Assembly: GCA_017411805.1 (NCBI GenBank)
Contig: JAFQPI010000014.1
Span: 10,060-74,059 of the forward strand
Direction of reading: 5' to 3'
DNA length: 64,000 bases
Source: Clostridia bacterium
Lineage (GTDB): Bacteria; Bacillota; Clostridia; Oscillospirales; CAG-272
Shown here: positions 15,607-21,805 of the stretch, in pieces
Layout of the letters: each line of letters opens with the position of its first letter
Numbering within the stretch: position 1 is the first letter of the stretch
Position numbers and translations under genes: made by a program
Notes under the pieces: model-generated
What the model saw: only the letters and a program-made list of their open reading frames with translations
Databases searched by the model: none
What the model was told of the DNA's origin: nothing

Positions 15607-15648
15607 ATAAAACAAAATCACCGCGCGGAGCGCGGTGATTTTGTTTTT
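15606..15648. terminator. palindromic repeat T, copy T1
   Basis: Its 43 nt are identical to T3. It directly abuts the partial tRNA 3'-end copy. Confidence 0.8.
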
Positions 15649-15674
15649 GGTGACCCATCGGAGACTCTGAACTC
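15648..15674 (-). repeat. partial duplicate of tRNA-Lys 3' end (T-arm plus acceptor plus CCA)
   Basis: TGGTGACCCATCGGAGACTC(T)GAACTC matches 15808-15833 with one inserted T, in the same orientation. Confidence 0.85.
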
Positions 15675-15769
15675 ATGTGTGCGGATTGAATTTGTGCGCA
15701 AGTGACATTGGTACTGCCGCACACTATGGCGAGCTAAAGCTCGCAGAGTTCTGAGTCTTTAGAGTTAGC

Positions 15770-15807
15770 AATAAGAAAACGCCTCGCTTTGCGAGGCGTT
15801 TTCTTAT
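15770..15807 (-). terminator. rho-independent terminator of tRNA-Lys
   Basis: AATAAGAAAACGCCTCGC-ttt-GCGAGGCGTTTTCTTATT, immediately after the CCA end. Confidence 0.8.
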
Positions 15808-15883
15808 TGGTGACCCATCGGAGACTCGAACTCCGGACACCTTGATTAAAAGTCAAGTGCTCTACCGTCTGAGCTAATGGGTC
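15808..15883 (-). tRNA. tRNA-Lys (anticodon UUU), CCA encoded
   Basis: Hand-folded cloverleaf GACCCATTAGCTCAGACGGTAGAGCACTTGACTTTTAATCAAGGTGTCCGGAGTTCGAGTCTCCGATGGGTCACCA. Anticodon stem is CTTGA/TCAAG and the loop is CTTTTAA. Confidence 0.9.
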
Positions 15884-15898
15884 ATTTGAGACCAATAT

Positions 15899-15927
15899 AT
15901 GATACCACATTTTGCCCCGTTTGTCAA
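15899..15927 (-). promoter_or_regulatory. sigma-A promoter of tRNA-Lys
   Basis: Minus strand: TTGACA, 17 nt, TATCAT, with TGG upstream giving an extended -10. It ends about 15 nt before the tRNA 5' end. Confidence 0.7.
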
Positions 15928-15979
15928 CACTTTTCAGAAAAAATATTCGTTTTTTTCTGAAAAAGGTGTAAAACGGGGC
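15914..15979 (-). terminator. long hairpin terminator downstream of the 15988-16881 gene
   Basis: GCCCCGTTT...AAACGGGGC encloses CTTTTCAGAAAAAA / TTTTTTTCTGAAAAG. It overlaps the tRNA promoter -35. Confidence 0.6.
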
Positions 15980-15987
15980 GGATTTTA

Positions 15988-16881
15988 TTAGTTTTTCTTA
16001 TAATAGTTTGATGCATCATATTTCCTGAGTCTTCCCGTATCTGCATAGATTTCGAAAACGACGAGCGCGGAAAACTCATTTTCCGTATCCGGATATACAA
16101 AACGATAGATGCCGCCGCCTTTTTTCGGTTTTACTTCACTTGATAGACGGAGTTTCTCTTTGGTTACTATCATATCTACGGTCCGCGCGGCTTCGCTCTC
16201 TGGGATCCGATAGTTTTCGTTGACGTCTCTGTCAAAGCAATACATCGTTACTCTTGCCCCCGTGCCTTCAACCGCCACAAAAATATTATCGCCCGAAAAG
16301 ATATGCGCACCTGTTCTGTCTGTTTGACATTCTTTAAAAACCGCATTCGGGCATGCGAATGCGGCAGCTCTTTTTGCTGCAAATTCCTTGCCGCCTTTGC
16401 CGATCTTTTTGAGGATCTGAGCGGAAATGAGCTCTTCGGTCGTTTCGTCTGTGCTATCTTCCGTACTTGTTTCGGGATCGCAGAGTGAGCGGAGTGCTTC
16501 GCCGCCGTCTCCATCAAGTGCTTTTTTGACGGCAAGGGAAAGCTTTTCTGCCATTACTGAGTCGTATTCGCCTTCGCATATACCGTTTATGATAGAGTAG
16601 ACAGTTCCGCAATCCTTAAGCCCTGATCGGGAGAGATAAGCTTCTGCTTGTCCCGCCGCACGGTTTATGGCAGGAATATCTCCTTCTTTTACCGCTTTCT
16701 CAAGCTTAGCCGAGGCATCTGCCAGATCCTTCACGACAAGCTTTTGCGAAGCGGCAATATATTCGTTTTTCTGTTTTTGCGATTTGCTGACCGCAAATGA
16801 GGTTGCCGACAGCAATAATCCGATGCCGATAGCCGCCAGAAGAGGAAGCAGGAGTCTGCCGGGCTGTTCTCTTTTTATCAT
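15988..16881 (-). CDS. membrane-anchored protein with C-terminal PepSY-like domain (YpeB-like)
   Basis: N-terminal TM segment LLLPLLAAIGIGLLLSA. The C-terminal pattern IYRFVYPD...VVFEIYADTGRLRKYD resembles PepSY. The functional call is weak. Confidence 0.55.
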   Translation of the reverse strand: MIKREQPGRLLLPLLAAIGIGLLLSATSFAVSKSQKQKNEYIAASQKLVVKDLADASAKLEKAVKEGDIPAINRAAGQAEAYLSRSGLKDCGTVYSIINGICEGEYDSVMAEKLSLAVKKALDGDGGEALRSLCDPETSTEDSTDETTEELISAQILKKIGKGGKEFAAKRAAAFACPNAVFKECQTDRTGAHIFSGDNIFVAVEGTGARVTMYCFDRDVNENYRIPESEAARTVDMIVTKEKLRLSSEVKPKKGGGIYRFVYPDTENEFSALVVFEIYADTGRLRKYDASNYYKKN

Positions 16882-16939
16882 CTTTTTGTGCCTCTTTGTT
16901 TTTTATGATTATTATACCTGATTAAAAACAAAATAAAAC

Positions 16940-16968
16940 TTGACAAAGATTGCTTTTTGTTGTATTAT
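16940..16968 (+). promoter_or_regulatory. sigma-A promoter
   Basis: TTGACA, 17 nt, TATTAT. Confidence 0.6.
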
Positions 16969-16992
16969 TTTCTTGAAGGGAGGTGTAACGGC

Positions 16993-17757
16993 ATGCTCGA
17001 ATGGCTGAAGAATAATCTTCATCCCATGGAACGCCCCGAGGCTTGGGGTGCGTTTCATACGTTGTTTTTTATTATTGGCATACCTGCGGCGATATTTGCG
17101 GCGTTTTTGCTTCGAAAGCTGTCTGACAGGGCGGAAAAGAGGCTCTACTTTGCGGTTGGCTCGCTTCTGATCATTTCCGAGATATTCAAACAACTTGCCT
17201 TTACCGCGGTCAACGGCGGATACCGTTTTGATCTGATACCCTTTCAGCTGTGCAGCATTCCCATGTACCTCTGCATACTTATCGCTATTCTGCCGGAGAA
17301 TGCTTTTTCGCGCGCCTCAAAGACCTTTATTGCTACTTTTGGGTTGATGGGTGGCGTTGCATCCTATATTGCGCCCGGAACGATGTGCCGCGATCATCTC
17401 GAGCTGACCCTTCATTCCTTTCTCTGGCATCTTACTTTGATATTCCTCGGATTCTTCGTGATTTTTTCCCTGAGATCAAGCTTTTGCCTGCGCGATCTGC
17501 GCAATGCGGTTTTGCTTTATTTTTCGCTTTGCTTGATCGCATTTTCGATAAATCTCATCTGCTTTGATGCTCCGGGCAGGGACGTTAATATGTTTTATAT
17601 CGGTCCGAAACCGTCAAATTTGCCGCTCTGCAAGGAAATAACGGAACTCTTTGGAGTCGCAGTAAATTCGGTGCTTTATATGTCGGCGTTATCCCTATGC
17701 GCAGGAGCGGTGTATTCTTTCGGTCAATTGATAAAAAAGAAATTATCGGATCGATAG
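16993..17757 (+). CDS. integral membrane protein, YwaF/TMEM164-like family
   Basis: SD GGGAGGTG precedes the ATG at 16993. About 7 TM segments. PFQLCS motif. Confidence 0.65.
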   Translation: MLEWLKNNLHPMERPEAWGAFHTLFFIIGIPAAIFAAFLLRKLSDRAEKRLYFAVGSLLIISEIFKQLAFTAVNGGYRFDLIPFQLCSIPMYLCILIAILPENAFSRASKTFIATFGLMGGVASYIAPGTMCRDHLELTLHSFLWHLTLIFLGFFVIFSLRSSFCLRDLRNAVLLYFSLCLIAFSINLICFDAPGRDVNMFYIGPKPSNLPLCKEITELFGVAVNSVLYMSALSLCAGAVYSFGQLIKKKLSDR

Positions 17758-17778
17758 GGCTACGCATACGATCATAGA

Positions 17779-17818
17779 ACAAAAATACGGTTGCACCGAG
17801 GCGCAACCGTATTTTTGT
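17779..17818. terminator. bidirectional terminator
   Basis: 16-bp perfect stem ACAAAAATACGGTTGC / GCAACCGTATTTTTGT. Confidence 0.8.
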
Positions 17819-19200
17819 TATTTTTTCTTTTTGTTTTTTGCTTTCTTGGCTTTTGCCGTTTTTTTTCGCTTGGGCTTCGGAGGCTCGGGCTCTTCTTGTT
17901 CGGAGGGAGTCTGCGGGATCGGTTCCGAGACCGGGGCGTCGGCTGCGGGAACGGGCGTCGGAGTTTTCGCCGAATCGAGCTTTTCGCTGATATCCTCTCC
18001 GATGAGCTTATAAGCCGCTGCTACTAGCGGAACTCCCACGAGCATTCCGAGAATACCCATCACTCCGCCTCCGATAGTGACGGCGGCAAGCACCCAGAGC
18101 CCGGGAAGACCTATGGATTCGCCTACGACCTTGGGATAGATCAGATTTCCTTCGAGCTGCTGAAGAACAACGAGGAAGATAATGAATAGAAATGCCTTGA
18201 AAGGGGATTCGGTCATGATCATGATAAATCCGACCGCACCGCCGATATAAGCACCCGCAACGGGAATGAGCGCGGTAAATCCGATCAGCGCGCCGATCAT
18301 GGTTGCGTATGGGAATCTGAATATCCACATTCCGAGAGCGCAAAGTACGCCGAGGATCACAGCTTCCTTACACTGACCGACTATGAAATCCTCGAAGCTC
18401 ACCTTGACTGTGTGAACGATGTGATTAAATTTCTTGCGCTTGGAGAATTTGAGGTAGCATTTTTCAAATCTTATGATCTGAGAGGCGATCTTTTCCTTGC
18501 CCGAGAGGATATAGATCGAGAAGATTATGCTGACTATCGCGGTAACGACTCCGGAAAAGACGGAAGTCAGCGTTGAGATCACGATGTCGAATACGCTTCC
18601 GATTCCAGAAGTTAGCAGGTCGAATATCTTTGTGATATTCGATTTCCAGTCGATGCCCGCAAGCTCTGCCATTATATCTTCGGGAAGCAGTTCGGTGTTC
18701 TGAAGCCATTTGATAACACTGCCAAAGAGGGGCGGTACTTCTGCGATTATGATCTCGATACAGGAAATAAGCTGAGGCGTGATCAGCCAAACGATGAGAG
18801 CAACGATGCTTATCAACAAAACAAACGCCAAAAGCATACATATCGTTCGTCGTGCGGCTATCAAAGCCTTCTTCTTTGCCTTTGGAAAGATGATCTTTTC
18901 GAGATTGCGCATGAGAATATTGACCAGAAAGGCGATCACGGCTCCGATGATCAGAGGCTCTGCCGCTTTAACGAGACCGGTTAAAAATTTTGCTACGTTA
19001 GGCCAATATCTGGTTGCGATATAAAGCATGAATATGGCAATGACGACCTTAACGCAGGTTGCCGTTTCGATTCGGAAGCTTGTTCTGATCTTCTTTATCG
19101 ATTCGTGGTCATGCCTGTCGCCGTCGAAAAACTGCTCGAACTTGGAATTGCCTTTCGCGTTGGTTTTTTCCGTGGTTGGGTTTTTATCTTTTTCGTCCAT
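17818..19200 (-). CDS. AI-2E family transporter (PerM/UPF0118) with Lys-rich C-terminal tail
   Basis: Multi-TM pattern typical of the family (LIPVAGAYIGG, LQQLEGNLIYPKVVG). The tail reads PKPKRKKTAKAKKAKNKKKK. Confidence 0.8.
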   Translation of the reverse strand: MDEKDKNPTTEKTNAKGNSKFEQFFDGDRHDHESIKKIRTSFRIETATCVKVVIAIFMLYIATRYWPNVAKFLTGLVKAAEPLIIGAVIAFLVNILMRNLEKIIFPKAKKKALIAARRTICMLLAFVLLISIVALIVWLITPQLISCIEIIIAEVPPLFGSVIKWLQNTELLPEDIMAELAGIDWKSNITKIFDLLTSGIGSVFDIVISTLTSVFSGVVTAIVSIIFSIYILSGKEKIASQIIRFEKCYLKFSKRKKFNHIVHTVKVSFEDFIVGQCKEAVILGVLCALGMWIFRFPYATMIGALIGFTALIPVAGAYIGGAVGFIMIMTESPFKAFLFIIFLVVLQQLEGNLIYPKVVGESIGLPGLWVLAAVTIGGGVMGILGMLVGVPLVAAAYKLIGEDISEKLDSAKTPTPVPAADAPVSEPIPQTPSEQEEPEPPKPKRKKTAKAKKAKNKKKK

Positions 19201-19216
19201 TTTATGATCCTTTCGG

Positions 19217-20632
19217 TCAGATCTGTCTTGTTATCTTTTCTGTGTTGGCGGCGCTTCCCTTGCCGCGGGGACCCGCAAGCTGGACCTCGCGCCATTTATT
19301 CTCAAACTCAAATATATTATCGCTTATTGATGCGGGAGCGGTTCTTCCGAAAAATTCGTCCTTGAAGGCAAGGGTCTGCGCAACCTGCGCCTCAATAAGA
19401 GACGCGGGAGAGATGCCCATAAGGTAATTTACCATTGCTATGCCTTCACCTGCACAAATGCGCTGAAGCTTGGGGAAATAATGAGTCAGGAGGAACTGAG
19501 CGTAATAAACGAGACGAAGGTCGCCGTAGCAACGATAGTGACGGGCGTATTCGTCACCCACAGCCTCGACCGCGACGGTTCTTCCGTCCTTCAGCGTGTC
19601 GATGATGGAATCAACACTATTCTCCTCGGCAAAGCAGATGGTGAAATAATGCGGGAAGGTAGGAGCACCGACGATGCCGTGAACGTCGCTCGAGCCTACG
19701 ACGGGCATTCTGAGTCCCTCGGCACGAAGCTCGGAGAAGAGGTTGACCGAGAAATTGATACCGATCTGCCCCATACCGCCGACGAGCTCGTATGCGTCGT
19801 AGAGTCCGCTTTTTAGGATGACTCTTGCAAATTCCTCTTTTACGTTGAAAACGCGTGATCCGCCCGGCTTCCAAAAGGGATGAGGGAAGATAGCGAGACC
19901 GCCCGCCTCGTGGATATGATCGGTGATCCACATAAGCCGCGAGAATCTCTCGCGGAAAGCCTCGGGAACCTCTGCGGGTACCTTGTCGAGGTATGAATCG
20001 GCTTCCGTACGGCATCCCTCCTCGTCCTTGCAGTAAAGAGCGGTGACGCTCGATTTACCGCCGACGTGGACGGTATGGATCATGCAGCCGGGAAAGTGAA
20101 CCTCTTCTCCGGGAACGTGGGTGATGCCGAGCTTGACACCTTCGAATGCCTCGTCCATCTCGTTGCCCGAATAGTAGCGGTTGTGGTCTGTCAGAGCCAT
20201 GAAATCGTAGCCCTGTTCTCGGTAATGACCGAGAAGCGCGGCGGGATCGCGGCGTCCGTCCGAGCGGTAGCTGTGACCGTGGAAATCTCCGCGAAGGGGA
20301 GTGAGCCTATATAGATCCTCTGCGAGCGAGTAGATGAAAAATTCGGCTACCTTCTTTTCGTCGCGCTCGAGTATGAGAAGATATTCCTGCTCGCGCACAA
20401 AGGTGTAGCTGAATCGGAGGATCCCATCCTCGGCAACAAGGTTTAGGGTATGTTTGGTAGTCGGTGTAAAATAATTCACCTCGTCATCGTCTGCGCAGAT
20501 GACGTGGAGAAGATATTCCGCACCGTCAAAGAAGAGAAAGGCGCGTTCGTTGGGAATGATCTTGATCTCTGTCTCGGTTCCTGCGGATACCACCGCGGGA
20601 ACAACTCTGTAATTTGTTGCGATCGGAAGCAT
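19217..20632 (-). CDS. PHP-domain (CehA/McbA-like) metal-dependent phosphoesterase
   Basis: GDFHGHSYRSDG and ALTDHN motifs. Later SSDVHG motif. Confidence 0.75.
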   Translation of the reverse strand: MLPIATNYRVVPAVVSAGTETEIKIIPNERAFLFFDGAEYLLHVICADDDEVNYFTPTTKHTLNLVAEDGILRFSYTFVREQEYLLILERDEKKVAEFFIYSLAEDLYRLTPLRGDFHGHSYRSDGRRDPAALLGHYREQGYDFMALTDHNRYYSGNEMDEAFEGVKLGITHVPGEEVHFPGCMIHTVHVGGKSSVTALYCKDEEGCRTEADSYLDKVPAEVPEAFRERFSRLMWITDHIHEAGGLAIFPHPFWKPGGSRVFNVKEEFARVILKSGLYDAYELVGGMGQIGINFSVNLFSELRAEGLRMPVVGSSDVHGIVGAPTFPHYFTICFAEENSVDSIIDTLKDGRTVAVEAVGDEYARHYRCYGDLRLVYYAQFLLTHYFPKLQRICAGEGIAMVNYLMGISPASLIEAQVAQTLAFKDEFFGRTAPASISDNIFEFENKWREVQLAGPRGKGSAANTEKITRQI

Positions 20633-20735
20633 GTCATCAACTCCTGAGACTAATTATTAAATTATATTATATCATTGATTTTCTTCAATGTCAATAAAAA
20701 GCAGAATAGTCAACAAAAATTAATTTTCTTCTTAC

Positions 20736-20764
20736 TTGACTTGATCAATATAATATGCTATAAT
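20736..20764 (+). promoter_or_regulatory. consensus sigma-A promoter
   Basis: TTGACT, 17 nt, TATAAT. Confidence 0.7.
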
Positions 20765-20811
20765 TGAGGTTAGTAAAAAATGCGGTCTTATTGCCGCTTG
20801 GAGGTATATAC

Positions 20812-21753
20812 ATGTCACAGAGATATCTTGCCGCCGTCGATATGGGCGGAACGAAGGCAGAGGGCGTTGTTTTCACAGAGGACGGAGCAGTCGTCTGCCG
20901 AGTAGTTGAAAAGGGCGGCGCACCCTTTGATAACGGAGTGGATTATTCGATAAATAATCTTTGCAAATGCGTTGACGCGCTCCTTGCCGTATCGCCCGAA
21001 AGACCTGTGGCGTTCTATCTCGGCGCAGCGGCGTGCGAATACTATATGCCGCAGTTTACCGGTGCTCTTGAGAAATACGGCTTCGAAAAGCTTCGCATTG
21101 AGGGGGACGGTCCCTCGCTTGTTTCGGGCGTTTTCGGTCACCGCGACGGCGCGGGAATGATCTGCGGTACCGGTTCTGCACTTTACGTCAGACAGGGCGA
21201 CGAATATTACCACATCGGCGGCGGAGGACATATGATCGACAGCTGCGGAAGCGGATACGTTCTCGGGCGCAAGGCGATACGTGCCGCACTGCGCTCAGTT
21301 GACGGCAGCGATCAGCCGACGATGCTTGTCGAGATGCTCGAGGAGGCTGCGGGTGTTCCGCTCTGGTACAGACTTGATAAGATCTACACTCTCGGACGCT
21401 CATACGTCGCGTCCTTCGCGCACGTTCTTTTTGAGGCAAGAAACAAGGGAGACGTCGTTGCCCGCCGCATATTCAACGAGTGTGCCTCCGATCTTGCCGA
21501 CGTGATCTGGGCGCAGTATAAGAAGAACGGCGGTGCCTTCGATCTCATTTTCAACGGAGGTATCTTCAAGAATTATCCGGAGTATGCGGATACCGTTAAA
21601 GCGATGGCACCGAAGGATATGCGTATCTTCTTTGCCGAAGTTCCTCCCGTTTACGGCGGCGCCGTTGAAGCACTCTACGACATCGGGATCGTTGCCGACG
21701 AAGCCTTCCGCGAGAGATTTCTGCATGACTATGAGGAAATAAAAAAGCAATAA
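20812..21753 (+). CDS. BadF/BadG/BcrA/BcrD-type ATPase (N-acetylglucosamine kinase-like)
   Basis: AVDMGGTK phosphate-1 motif and GTGS motif. SD GGAGGT precedes the ATG at 20812. Confidence 0.75.
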   Translation: MSQRYLAAVDMGGTKAEGVVFTEDGAVVCRVVEKGGAPFDNGVDYSINNLCKCVDALLAVSPERPVAFYLGAAACEYYMPQFTGALEKYGFEKLRIEGDGPSLVSGVFGHRDGAGMICGTGSALYVRQGDEYYHIGGGGHMIDSCGSGYVLGRKAIRAALRSVDGSDQPTMLVEMLEEAAGVPLWYRLDKIYTLGRSYVASFAHVLFEARNKGDVVARRIFNECASDLADVIWAQYKKNGGAFDLIFNGGIFKNYPEYADTVKAMAPKDMRIFFAEVPPVYGGAVEALYDIGIVADEAFRERFLHDYEEIKKQ

Positions 21754-21761
21754 AAGCAAAC

Positions 21762-21794
21762 AAATAAGCCGACTCATATGAGCCGGCTTATTTA
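21762..21794. terminator. bidirectional terminator between convergent genes
   Basis: AAATAAGCCGACTCA / TGAGCCGGCTTATTT hairpin with one mismatch. Confidence 0.75.
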
Positions 21795-21805
21795 TTATGT
21801 AAGTT

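Noticed and set aside
14672-15621. ORFs of 60-114 aa crossing the R repeats (14672-15016, 14862-15071, 15439-15621, 15533-15724).
   Set aside because: They are read straight through hairpin and terminator sequence. They have no RBS and overlap one another in different frames. The two 'paralogues' are simply the repeated DNA.
14815-15648. The R copies as a DGR template/variable repeat pair. Four of the five substitutions between the copies fall where copy B has A on the + strand, and an Avd-like 4HB gene is adjacent.
   Set aside because: There are only five differences, and three are ordinary A/G transitions. Most adenines are unchanged. Neither copy lies in the 3' end of a credible target gene. 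No reverse transcriptase gene is present in the window.
15676-15770. A second tRNA or tmRNA-like gene between the tRNA-Lys terminator and the partial 3'-end copy.
   Set aside because: Only the T-arm/acceptor 3' half is present. There is no matching 5' acceptor strand (GACCCAT), D-arm or anticodon arm. The upstream hairpins do not fit a cloverleaf.
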